A DNA stretch of 64,000 nucleotides from Botryllus schlosseri (lineage: Eukaryota). Made by a program: the position numbers and the translations under genes. Shown in pieces: positions 51,101 to 64,000 of the stretch (positions within the stretch are counted from its first letter, which is position 1; each line of letters starts with the position of its first letter). The stretch covers positions 436,001 through 500,000 of the forward strand of contig CM119373.1 in assembly GCA_051294905.1 (NCBI GenBank), in the 5' to 3' direction. The notes below the pieces were generated by a model. That model was not told the origin of the DNA. It saw only the letters and a list, made by a program, of their open reading frames with translations, and did no database searches.

Positions 51101-54100
51101 GTAACTCAACGTAACTTCAAGTATATTAGAAAACATAACTACCGCATGTGCACTCAAAATATGAAGGCGATTTCTTCATCCTATATTAGCGGTGAGGTCG
51201 ATTGTTACATTTGTCCCCGTCTTCCCTACTATAACTTCACTTGCAAGTTAGAAACTTTCTGCGGGCCGCTCAGCGGATTTACCTAGCATCGATTTTTTTA
51301 GAAAAGCCGTTCGTTCCAAATCTCGGTGTGCAATTTCCAACTTGGAAAGATAATCAGAGATTTCTGCGGGCTGGGTCCCAGTAAAGGTTCCGGCGGGGAA
51401 GTCGACTTTGCATCCTCCAACTTCAATATGTCCCGCTTCCTTGTCCATAGTAACCGTGCTCGTTTCGCGGGGAACCTTTTTGACTGCTTTGACATCGACA
51501 GAAAATTGTAATTAAGATTTTGTTGTAATATATAGTCAAGGGAGGTGCTTATCCAACTTAAGACACAGCAGGAGTGTTAGACGATGACAATTGCCAAGAG
51601 CGATCTTCGGGCTCAATCATTACTTGTTAAACAGAGGAAATCATCTTGTTTGAAATATAATATGTCGCACTTGGCAGCATCGTGAACCTGAGCGATTCGA
51701 TTTTGAGTCGTGTATATTAGGCTTCGAGTCGAGTATCAATAATATGATGTTATAAGAGTAGAAAGGATGTGGTAAGTTTTATGCTATCATAAAAACTATA
51801 GTGACTCTTCTATATCACATTTAAGCTAATTGTTGCTTTTGTGACTATAGGTTTGCATTTAGTTTACAGTGTTTTAAACAAAGGCTTTGTTAAAAAAAAA
51901 ATTAGTTATATAAATATGCCACAATTGTGTAAATACTTTCCAAAAGCATGTTGTATGAGTCTACAGACGACGATTTCCACCTGATATAGTCAACGTATAC
52001 GATTTGGGATGCTTAGAATAGGGTTGCCATACGTCCGGAATTTTACGGGCATGTCCGGAATTTCACTGTTCAAACTAGCGTCCGGGAGGAATTTCTAGAA
52101 TATGCCAAATGTCCGAAATTTTGAAGACTTGACGTAGGCTCATATTTTTTTTCGTAAATCAGCATAAAAACAATATTTTGTGGGAATATTTATGCTAATG
52201 CATGATATTTTTCTTCGCGCTACGCGCGATTACTATCACATTTATTGATTTAGTATGGAGACTACCGCCCTCGCAAAACTGCAATAAAATATAAATAAAA
52301 ACAACCTTCGTTTACTGGAATAAGCCTAATTGTAATCGCACTTATAGGTGAACGCTATGTTCCTAGAGATCGTTAAGGCCGTTTAAATGCTTTATTCAAA
52401 GATAGTGGTTCCATACGGGGGGAGGGGGTCGTTTGCCTTTATTATGGGGTTTGCGAATATGTTGAACGTAATCAGCTTCCAAAATAGTCCGTGAGTAAGT
52501 CTGGGCAAAGGTGCTGACTTCTTTTAGTAATCAGTAGGGCGATTTTTTTTGACATGTCAAAAAAAGTAAAAATTAGGTCAAAATTGTAGCGTTAGGTCAA
52601 ACTTTGTAAAAATTGTTTACAAAATCAAACATTTTTTGACCTCTACATTTCGTTTGTATCGTAGATTTTGCGCTGTCTGTGAACTTATCATTTGATAATT
52701 TACAGCCTGTAGCCTACTTTTTTGGCCTACCGTTGTAAACGGCCCATCGTCTGCTCATTGAGAATCATAAACGGTCAAATGAAACAAATAGTGACATGAT
52801 TTTATGGTCAACGTACCGCAATATCCTAACTGAAGCAAGACTGCTTGGGCATTGCATGGTTCTTAAATCATGAAGCGCAAGCTGAAAAATTGTGATATAG
52901 ACAACATTGTTAGAATGAAGCAACACGGTGCATCACCAGCAAGCAGTGTGCACACAACTTCAGTGTTGTCAGCTAACAACTGCTGCTGTTGAACGTTCTT
53001 TCTCCATTCTTGACAATCTACTTAGTAAGAACAGACACTTTCTACCCGAGATAGCGCAGTGGTATAATCCGCGGCTGCAACACCAATGGGTGTGGGTTCG
53101 ATTCCGACCGATGTCGACTTCATAATTCCGATAGCTAAGTGTTGGAGGTTTACCTAGGCTCCGCCCCGCCACCTCATCCACGTAAGCGGTGTCTTACAAA
53201 AAAGCCTAGAGGTGGGCCGTTCTATATGTTGGCAGTTACGGAAAATAATGAAGAATATCGGCCTGGTGCAAATGACCATAGTAGTTGAAAAACACCATGA
53301 ATACCACAAAACAAACAAACAAAACAAACACTTTCTACCCGAGAATGTAGGAAAGTATCTTTCGTTGTACTACAACAAATTTTAATTATTTCACCATAAT
53401 ACGTAATGTAACTATACTGCAATTCTTCATAGGGCCAGATTTCGTTAAAATACTAGTTCTTTCATGTAAAAATATGTCAGTTTTTGAGCCAAAAACGTTC
53501 TTTCAGGCCAATCTACTTTGTAGGGACAGACAGTTCCAACCAGAAATGAAGATAAGTAGTACAATTTTAACATTATGTGCGAAAACACCTAATTTGCATA
53601 CGTGAGGTCAAAATTTGGTCAAATTTCAGTTTTTTAGGTCAAAAAAGGTCAAAATTTATATTTTTTAGGTCAAAATCATCCGTTTTTTAGGTCAAAAAAA
53701 TATCGCCCTAGTAATCAGCTCGTCAAATTTTGATCTGGGCCACGGAACATTTTCAAATTGGAGATGGAGTCGCGACCATAAAAGGTTGGAAACCACCGGA
53801 TGTGGGGTGTTGATAAAGCTACGTGGTGCGCACCGGCATAAGGTTGATAAACAATTTTATCGATAGGACATGAACATGACTTGTGCAATTACGCTCCCTG
53901 TATTTCCGAACTCATCATCCTCCACAAGCTCTACCGCTAACTCTGATCATGTGGGCGGAGAGTAGTATCTAGTAATATATGGAACTACTAATATTATTAA
54001 CAGAATTCATTCAAATAATTTAACGACCAGATGCATATAGAAAGCAGATTCATATAACAAGCACCCCCCCCTCCCCAGAAGCTGCATCGATTGCCATATA

Positions 54101-57100
54101 GTAAGGGCTCAAAATCAATGTTTATTTGGGCGGGAAGGGGCTGCTGAAAACATGTGCTTTCGGTCCAGGTTACACGACACACAGCCTCACACTCCTGAAC
54201 CGGATCGTGACCACCTCTGGTCTATGAGGAAAGCTTTGCTAGTGTGACGTCATAACTCATTTTGAAATTCACTAGTGGGCACTGAAGAGTGTCCGGAATT
54301 TGGGTTACAGAAACATGGTAACCCTAGCTTAGAACCCTCGAAATAGTCGGTTTAACAATTATAGTACGTATATATAGATCATTGGTACGAAATGAATGTT
54401 CTGATGATGATGAGCACCGACCGTAAAATGCTGCAATACGATGGAGTTACAGATATTTTTAATCCGTATATGAAAGAGGTTGGAAGCCTATTTCGTGTAA
54501 GGAGCTATATCTACCCTATATTTGCGATTGTGAATATCATTCATTAGCGGTACGGGTACCACAGTCGAGAACCACTGTGATTTACATGATTACAGCATAC
54601 AGGTAATGCAATAGCGATATTTCCATTGCAGATAAATATTGAATTTATTTTAATATTGAGATAGCAGAAAATAATCGGTGGGGAAATTCCCCAGTTTCAT
54701 CGTGGGATAAGCCATCACTGGTATACCGACATGGTCAGTAAAGAAGTAGGCTACTTGTACTTTTTCGAAGTTCCCAAGTGGTTTTACACTACTTATCCAA
54801 GTAAATATAATTTACGCCACTACTACTTCGTCATATTCTGTGATTTATGACAGATTGCATGATTCCGTTCATAACGCATTGTCGCCTATCATGACATGCT
54901 TCTTGACAGTAATATGGTTTATCAGAGCGTTTGGAGCTACCGCTTCGCAATCTAGCATACATAACGTATAATCTAGCACCTTTCCTGACTACTTTGAGCA
55001 TCTGTGTTAAAATTGCCCAACAACACTCGCAAGTGTTAGTCAGAACCTTTCAAGGGTTCGCACCATCCCTAAAACTTACATTAGCAATAATCTGGTCGCG
55101 ATAAAATTCTATTTTATTCGATTTGCCAGATGCTGAACCGATCTCGTCGTTTATCGAAACGCATTACAAAATACCAGAATGCAGATGAAAGTTTGTACAT
55201 GCCTCCAGGCTTATGTTGTCCAGGCGTTACTGGAGTCCGATGATCTTTCCGACTGACTTTGTCTGTAGAATCAAATAATTGATTTATTCTCTCCATTCCA
55301 AGGCATAAATAAGTGGGGAGAATACAGTTATTATTATTTCTTTATTCACAGTCTGGTAACTGGTAACTATACATGTGCAACCCGGAGAGCAACGTGCTTA
55401 AGCCTATAAATCAGGGGCGGGCAACTTATCCGGTCGGCGGGCCTGATATGGCAAAATGAAGTAGGCGTACTTGGCGGGCTGGATTGTAGATTTTATACAC
55501 TAATCGCGTATTTATCCACATACATACAAGGGATAAATCGCATTTAATGTAAACTTTACGTTTAAGGCAGAGAGACCAAAACAGTATTTCATGAATATAT
55601 TAACCAGATGTATTTCAATAGCCGTTGCAGACAATCATACATCAGTGGTCTATCAAAGTTGCACTACAGGTAAACATCAGTTATATTGAAATGCAGTCTC
55701 GTCTTTTTAATGCTCGAAATTGTCGGAAATATTTGCTCTCTAATGTATGTAGACCCGAACAGGAAAAGTAGTTGGCCATCTTTCTCAGGTCGTCAAACTT
55801 GGATTTATTCTGTGACTCATAAAATTTGTCAATACTTTCGTAGGGGAGACCGGGGACAATTGTAACAGTTTTTGTATTTTCGAACATTACGTGTTTTTCT
55901 CGTGGATATTTCATTTCCAAACTTATATATAAATAAGCCAACAACTCGATAGTTGATATAAAAACTAAAATGGATCTCAATCAATATTCAATCATGGAAA
56001 TTTTGGGTCGCGAAAATTGTCGCTTAAATGTTACAATCGCCCCGTGCCCCGGGGCAATTGTAACGTCCATGCGGTGCAATTTTAACAGTGTTATTTATAA
56101 CTAAAACAAACGAAATGAATAACAATACTGCGAGCACAAATTGTACTATTGAATTACACTAAAAAAGAGACGTTTGAACGCTTCCAGGTTACGCCCCATC
56201 GCATTTTTGGCATCTGAATAAATTCTCATCCTTCGTGCCTTCTGCATGAGCTCAAAGTGTACGAGAAACACATTCATTCCATCATATCCCTACACATATT
56301 CGGCCTCTTCTACCGAGGTGCTGTAGTTCAGCGTGCATAAAGGGTTGGGCAATCGGTCACCTGCGAAGTTGCGAAACCGAACTGGCTAAAACATCTTTGT
56401 TGAATGGGCTGATGATAGTGTACCAAAACGAGAACACAACATTGTGTGGCATCAAAGCTAATGGTATTTTTCTGTTCCGCACAAAATTAAAATAAATTGT
56501 TCACATCAGATGACAAAATGTAATTGGGTAATAATCAAAGTCAGAGGATGAGGATTCAGTCACGGGCAAGCTCTTAAGTGACCATTGAAGGTCGACACAA
56601 CAAAAGTCGATCAACATGAGAAAGGGTGGTAGAATCACGGAAATAACCGGACCCTAAGATTCACATCACCACTTCTGTATGGCCGTTCCGACAGAGTATC
56701 ATGGTAGAATTGGTATGACCAGGTAGAGTCTGTTCTGGTATTGAACTTCTGGCTGTTGCAAGATTCATCTGCAATAGATAAATAGTTATACCAACGTATG
56801 AACACATATATTAAGCATTGAAAAGATATTGTAACGGGACAAAAGTAACAGAGTGTTACAATTGCCCCTGATACGCTCGACCACGATTAATGTCTCAGGA
56901 TGGTGCCTTCCCGGCGACGCGAGTCCTAGTTTCCCTATCATCACGGTAGACTATGGTAACATTTTTCCAGCTACATATATTGCATTGTAACCACTTGAGG
57001 TTTTATTCTTCAAAACAAATTATTCCAGATCAGAAAATATTTACTCAAGGGTCCAAAATTTCGTTTTTTCGAAATTATTCTGGGGTTTCGCGTCGTAACT

Positions 57101-57276
57101 CAACGTAACTTCAAGTATATTAGAAAACATAACTACCGCATGTGCACTCAAAATATGAAGGCGATTTCTTCATCCTATACTAGCGGTGAGGTCGATTGTT
57201 ACATTTGTCCCCGTCTTCCCTACTATAACTTCACTTGCAAGTTAGAAACTTTCTGCGGGCCGCTCAGCGGATTTAC

Positions 57277-57555
57277 CTAGCATCGATTTTTTTAGAAAAG
57301 CCGTTCGTTCCAAATCTCGGTGTGCAATTTCCAACTTGGAAAGATAATCAGAGATTTCTGCAGACATCTGACCGAGGAGGTTATCATCACTTCGCGGAAT
57401 GCTGAGAAGTTCTTTCATATCTGTTGAGTGTATGGCGTACAGTGGAAGAACCGTCTCTGCGAATGGGAGCCAGACATTCAGGAATTTTTCAACTCTGGCG
57501 ACAAATCCATTTCCGAAGTGAATGATGTCTTGCGGTGTCCCCGCGTGTTGGTAAT
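57277..57555 (-). CDS. Upstream exon of the ZU5/DD gene (279 nt, phase 1-1; domain not recognised)
   Basis: cttttag|AT...CTAG|gtaaat; 93 open codons YQHAGTPQDIIHFGNGF...LKKSML; missed by the ORF track. Confidence 0.7.
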
Positions 57556-58045
57556 CTAAAAGTTTTAATCTAGTTTAAATCATTCTCGACATGCTCGTTT
57601 AAAATTATCATACATGATTATCCTATATTCTGATTGTGCCAAGCCTTTTATATCAAAAGCATATCAGATATTCGGGGCGTATGCACTTTTGATTTTGCGT
57701 GCCACGGATGCATATTCGAAGAGCTTCTTGGAGGTACAGAACTTCAATATACAATTGAATAGTATATTCATATTGAAATGAACCCGAATATTTTTCGGCT
57801 GACACTCGCAAGAGGTAATCGTCAGCAACTATTAGAGAATTGGAAAGAACATTGTATATCAACAATAGTATCACAAAATATGGCGTCACCAGCATGAAAT
57901 TTCGAATGAGAGAGCGTTCAATGTCTTATTTTTAGGTGGTACACGAACTTCTTTTTTTGACAGAGTTTGGGTTCGTGTATTTTGATGAAAGTCGACTCCA
58001 AGGCACACAAATGCATATTCCCAGCCATTTATCACGGGTGGTACA

Positions 58046-59738
58046 TAGGGTTGCATTTAAAACAAACGGTGTTGAAAACATGTTCAAACACGCGACCCGC
58101 GGGCCGCATGCGGTCCGTCAAATCATTTTGTGCGGTCCGAGTTGGCAATTTGGATTTTTAAGTATTCGACAATATTTACCTTCAACATATTTTTTGTTAA
58201 ATTTGAGAACTTGAAATTCGCTCTAAAACTACTCCAAAATCCAGAGACAATACTCATCAAACTTTACTATCACATCACTTTCAAAAGTTACATTGCGGTG
58301 GAAGATCAGCTATATGCGTCACATTACCTGTTTATGATGATAGGACTTGACCCGTTGATAATTCGTGACTGAAAATTGTGATTTGTACTCGGTTGCGACG
58401 TTTTGTAGAACTACGCGAACTCGGGCTGAATGGGTAATAAAATAAGTATGACTCAAGTTGGGTCGGGTCAAACGCTACAATCAGAGAATAACTTATTGTG
58501 ACTCCGAAAGCCGTGATTTAACCACAGACGCAACAAACTACCAAACTGTTATGGGAAAAAGCAATATACCAAAAGGCCGTAGCTTGCGTTTCGGAGCGTA
58601 TTTATAGCACCAAGTAGGTCGGTATGGCAGCCATTGGCATTCTGTTCTCCCCTCAATATGTAGTTAGTTATTTCTGCGTAATCTTGGGAATCTTTATACA
58701 TGTTACTATCGCCTATTGAAGGTGGCGGGTAAAGTAGCGGTAACCTATATACGTTCCATTGCTGTAACACCAATGGATTCGTCGGCGACTAGACATTTCT
58801 ATTGCTATGGCACATTAATCAGTCGGCATTTGTTATTGATCTGTAAATCTAACTCTGGTTTATTTTTATTTTTACTTTGGTAATGACTTGATCAATAGCC
58901 TAGCTATCAAGATTGTATGCCCGCATACCGGATTAGGATGTATTGCTCAAATGCTCTGATATCTGGTTAATCTTTGTTAAAGTTTTATATAATCTACCAA
59001 TAATTGTGGCACGTCAAATGTCCGATAGCTGCCAAATTATAACGCGACAGCTTTTACGCTGTCATGATGCATTTGTGCTCTGGCATGGTGTCTATAACTA
59101 CTAATGTTGACAAACTATGCCAAGTACAATAACAATTTTTTTCACATATATGAAAATATGATATTTTCGTACCAGGCGTTAATTCACAATATACTAGTAA
59201 ATCACAGCTCACGATGCGTGCGGTATGCCAGTCTGCAAGGTACCGTAAAATATGGCCTATACTTGAAAATACATTGAATACCTGTATCATTGGTGCTGCG
59301 GCCCGCGACGCCATCAAAAACTCTGAAATTGGCCCGCGACTACAATTGAGTTTGAGACCTCTGTTTTAAACAGTGTTTTAAAAAATGGCTTTTAAAAAAA
59401 AATTGTGTTTTTTTAAGTTGTAAAATTATGCCATAATTGAGTAAATACTTTTGAAAAAACATGTTCTATGAGCCAACGGACAATGCCCACCTGATGTAGC
59501 CGACTTATATCGAAATGGGACGGTTGGAGCCCGCAAAATAGTCGGTTCAATAGCACTAGTACATATATTTCGTCAAAGGAGCTATTCTTACCCTATATTT
59601 TCAATTGCCAATGTCAATCCCCTATGACGTCATGGCTTCAAAAAAATCAACAAAACTTAATGAAAAACATGTTTTAAATTAGGGCTTTGTTTCAAACATG
59701 TTTGTTTTAATTTGATTTTTGTTTTAAATGCAACCCTA
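58046..59738. mobile_element. hAT non-autonomous element containing a nested Charlie-like MITE
   Basis: TIR TAGGGTTGCATTTAAAACAAA; TSD GTGGTACA (58038-58045, 59739-59746); related to the sequence at ~20903-21067 and 23395-23590. Confidence 0.85.
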
Positions 59739-60151
59739 GTGGTACATGGGTGTGAATACACACATCTATTCTGCTATGAGAGTAGATTCGTAGTGTGTTC
59801 AAGTCTTGATCCCATCCTAAACGCGTTTCGCCATTGAATTTACAAACTTTTGTTTAATGGACGGGGATTCTGTCTTACTCAATAGTAAAGATCTTACGGT
59901 AGCAGTGAGCAATCAACCAATTTTTATACTTGCCATCATAGGCACCGAGTTACGGGGTGGCGCAGCCACCCCATGGTACATTTATGGGGTGGCGGCCACC
60001 CCATACAAAATGCTTAAAAGCCCGCCATCTGTCCGTGATATCACGTAAATGCCAACTATTTACCATTTGCCGATACGCGCGCCGTTAATTGGATACGCAG
60101 CTACGTCGGTGACGACAAACTAGTGCTTAGAACGTCGCAATTAAGTGTAAT

Positions 60152-60876
60152 CAGAGATGCCACTGGGTTATTTCGGAAAAAAACAGACATGGAGGCTAAA
60201 TAAACCCAGAAAAACCCAGATCCTATATTTCACTCAAAATTATGTAAAATAGCACCTGGGATAATGACACAGACGCATGTCTAGTCGAAAAAATAACTGC
60301 CAAGTCATGAAATTCAGAGTGTATTCTAATGTGCTGATAACCAACGCAGCCACTGAGTAACTTGCTGGGACTGCTGTGTCCTTGTTGGAACTAAATAAAA
60401 TCAGATAACAATTATCACCTGGTCTACCCAACCCATGTGCAATGTGCATACCATAAATAAAACTACATGTTATTCATCGCTACACCACGAATTTGTTGGA
60501 GTGATACTGGCATTGAAGTCCTAAATCGTTTCAAATTGTAAGACAGTGTTTCGAATGAGTTGCCCAACGAACATGACTTTCTTCGGCCTGTAAGTTACTG
60601 GTCAATGAAGCTCCGTCACATCACGCCGAGGCCTCTCATTTTACTATTGAATCAGTCTCACAATAACAGCAAAATTCATCGACGATGACGAACTGCAGTA
60701 CGTGCAGTTTACGATAATACGATCTTACTAATCTAATAAATAATTTTCGGGCGTAAAACTGACCTGACGAACATGAAGTTGAAAAAAAAAACAGATTTCA
60801 AGGATACAAACCCAGAAACCCAGGTGACGCTCAAAAACCCAGATCTGGATGGAAAAACCCAGGAGTGGCATGTCTG
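60152..60876. mobile_element. hAT MITE with AAACCCAG repeats; second copy from 63325 to the window end
   Basis: TIR CAGAGATGCCACT/AGTGGCATGTCTG; TSD AGTGTAAT. Confidence 0.85.
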
Positions 60877-62167
60877 AGTGTAATCCGTGACGAGTAACCA
60901 TACAAGCGAAGCGACCTCGTTTACGACGTCGATTTCGACATGCGTGCGCCGAGAAATATCATCTCCTCTTTCGACCAGACGAGCGAGTTAACGCTCTACT
61001 AAGTAAATTGTATTTGGGCGCACTGCGCATGTTCAATATTCATTTACAAAATAATTCTTGAAGCAGTTTCGTGATAGTCTCCTTATTTGGAGCGCGAAAT
61101 AGGACAGTGTGTTTGTGTATGCCAGCGAATTGAAAGTCATCCCTACGCAAAGTGCGCATATTCCTTACATTAACAAGGCGTTGCTAACTTTTATCGGGAA
61201 ATGCAGCAAGGCAGCTCAAGCGTCGTTATAATGAGCTAACAATTCTCGCGATGTCAGACTCGGAACCCCATTGTGCCGTACGCAAGTCGAGGAATTACTG
61301 ATTAGATGCACGCTTTCTCGTTTGATATCATCTGTAGGCTACTAATGCTTGTCTGCTTCACAAACTCGTATGCCCTCGATGTCACTTGTCAATGTCTGAT
61401 TTGTTATTAAGTGCACGGCGTTGAATTACGTATTCAAATATTGATGCAACACGAGATTCTCGGTGGCGCAAATTCTGAATTTATTCAATTACTTTGAGCG
61501 GGAACATTCTATGTTCCAATAAACGTCACTGCTGGACAGACTCTATCGGGCGCAACCATATCGCGGATCGAAGTTCAAACCATCGGGATTTGTATTTCTA
61601 ATGATAAGGCCGCGGCATGCGCCCATATTGCTCTTGTTGCAATAACACCTGGATAATTAAAATCGAACCATTTCATGATCAAATTCGACTGGCTGATCGG
61701 GACCTACGTAGGCCGTAGGCCCCTGTCTGATATTAACCAGCGCGTTGTCGGTATTAAGACCCTATCCTTGACGAGAAGTCCTGTCGTTTTGAAACGCTAC
61801 CGTCGCTGGTCTGATTTAGCGCGTCCACATGCAAGCCTGCGCGCTATAATCTCTGGCACGAACCAACACGCGCACCATGCTAGGTCTGATATCGTTACCA
61901 GCCTTAACTATCGAGTTTACACTACAGCAGGACTGGCCCATGTGATAACATCGCTGGCCTAAACTATAGCGTCTGCTACAGGCATCGTATGATTTGCCTG
62001 CTATCTCTACTTATTAGATTGTTATGTCATGCTGGCTTAAGAGTCACAGCATGACATTGAATAGCTTTGAATCTACGCAATTGGCCACGGACAGACTCGA
62101 ACGGACGTAGTTGATTAGCGCTAATACTAAAACATAAGAAGATGTGTGTCAAAGGCCTAGTTATCAA

Positions 62168-62305
62168 CAGGGCATGGTATGGTATGGTATGGAACGACAA
62201 TTTTCCATACTCCATACTTGCCTTACTCTCTCCATACCATACTTGCAATTTTCCATACCATACAAACATTGTTCCATACCATACTTGATACATATTCCAT
62301 ACTTT
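62168..62305. repeat. (ATGGT)n/(CCATA)n array, probable MITE end
   Basis: CAGGGCATGGTATGGTATGG followed by ccatac repeats. Confidence 0.55.
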
Positions 62306-64000
62306 CAAATACTTCAATATCATAAGTATAGTACCTTTTCTAGCACCTATATTATTGATATTTCGGATGTCAGTTTTGCTTAAACCGGCCATGATGCGAA
62401 TCTAATTCCTGGTGATAGTTTTACAGAGTCTGTCTTGGTGAGGTTTAGTTCACGATGGTGAGTTGACGTGTACGTATACTCTGCAGCTTCCGCGAGCAAA
62501 ATGAGATAGTCAGCAGATTGTTATCTAGGACAGTCCATAAAATGGACGGGTAACATACGGCCCGCGGGCCAGATGCGGCCCGCGACGAGGTTTTGTCCGG
62601 CTCGCGGACAGTTTCCCTTCTTGCATGATAATGTGGCCCGCGGCCTCAGTCTGCCGAGATTCCCCACTACTTGCCTAAACGTCAAATTTCAGTGACTATA
62701 TGTTATTATATAGGTGTGCGCACTGCGCAGCGTGCGAGAGTGGAGCTTACGCGTAAGTTCGTCGAAGCGAGAAGACTTGTATTATCGGCATTTACGATGT
62801 ACTCAACCCTAATGAATTGAAATATTGGTAAAATTTGGGTACCGGGCTTTAAACGCTTTAAAATCTTAATTAGGGATTTCACCGTGATTTAGTTGATCAG
62901 AGAGAAGTAGACATGGAGAAGCAGACAGTATGACAATGCTGTTCTCAAATCCACATTGCATTGTCATTATCGGCGAGAAATGGCTCTGAACTCTGAAGTG
63001 ACATGTTGCTGTCGATAAAATACATTCATTAAATATGATTTATCCCTTGTATATATGCGCGAATAATGTATCCATTCAGCAATTGCCCGCCCCTGCTCCA
63101 TAAGAATATCATCGCATTTCCGGTACATTGGCATGAGGCGCATGCAAGTTTGAAGTAAATACTCGCAAAATAATTTATAATATAGGCGCACCCATAAAAT
63201 GTCCCAGCTACAGGCTATCAATACTGCAGCGATCTGCGTGATTATTAGTACAGTATTTGGTTGAGGTTAGCGTGGCGAGAATTTCAAACTACATCTACCC
63301 CACTCCCTGATCTATAATCCTAATCAGAGATGCCACTGGGATATTTAGGAAAAACCCAGATGTGGAGGCGAAATAAACCCAGAAAAACCCAGATCCTATA
63401 TTTCACTCAAAAGACACGAGATAGCTGTGAAAGTGGAGCCTGATAGTCGTCGCATACACTGATTCAGTCATTGAAGCCTTCGATATTGAATTTACAACAG
63501 TTCATAATACACATTTTGCTTGGTTAAAACTGCGAATCGCACAAAAAAACATGTTGTTTTCCTCTCGACACATTGCAATGAAACAATTGGGGCGCAGCGT
63601 GAATACTTAGTAGTGCACCGGTACTAATTATATCATCGCGCTGCGAAAGTTCAATGCAATGCCATCCATTCCCTATTACTAAGGATGATTTCATGTATTT
63701 TCAGCGAGTTGAACAGCTTGAAAGTAGCTTTCGATTGATTAATCCGACGACAATCACTTTTATTTGGAATAATCACAGACCAATCTATATTGGAAATGAA
63801 TAACTGCCAAATCATGAAATTCAGGGTTAGGGTTAGGTTTCGAATGTGCTGATAACCAATGCCTCTGATTAACTTGCTAGGGGTGTCCAACTATCTAACT
63901 CTCGCTCTCTGAGTGTTCCTGTTGGAACTAAATATACTCAGATAACAATAGGATTATATTAGTCGGATCATCACCTGGTCTGTTCATGTGCTCGCGTGCA

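Larger units (their letters stand above)
20423..57360. repeat. Four tandem copies of a ~6.0 kb unit: 20423-26420, 26421-45370 (includes 12.95 kb insertion), 45371-51366, 51367-57360
   Basis: Identical junction gagatttctg|cgggctggg three times; copies differ only by scattered SNPs and homopolymer lengths. Confidence 0.95.

Overview
This is eukaryotic, AT-rich, MITE-dense invertebrate DNA with short spliceosomal introns (ascidian-like, by inference only). A minus-strand host gene or small paralog cluster has phase-1 exons for ZU5-UPA and death domains. Four near-identical ~6.0 kb tandem copies (20423-57360) have breakpoints inside two exons and create in-frame chimeric exons. Copy 2 carries a nested transposon stack: hAT MITE > Gypsy LTR element (29221-42166) > non-autonomous hAT (34366-41827) > P-superfamily element (36131-41381). 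The P element is the standout. It has 30-bp perfect TIRs and a 7-bp TSD and carries two convergent spliced genes. One is a THAP-DDE transposase that stops just after its catalytic Glu. The other is an intact opposite-strand gene resembling the missing P-transposase C-terminal domain, which suggests a split, two-component P transposase. All protein family calls come from motif recognition by eye, not database searches.
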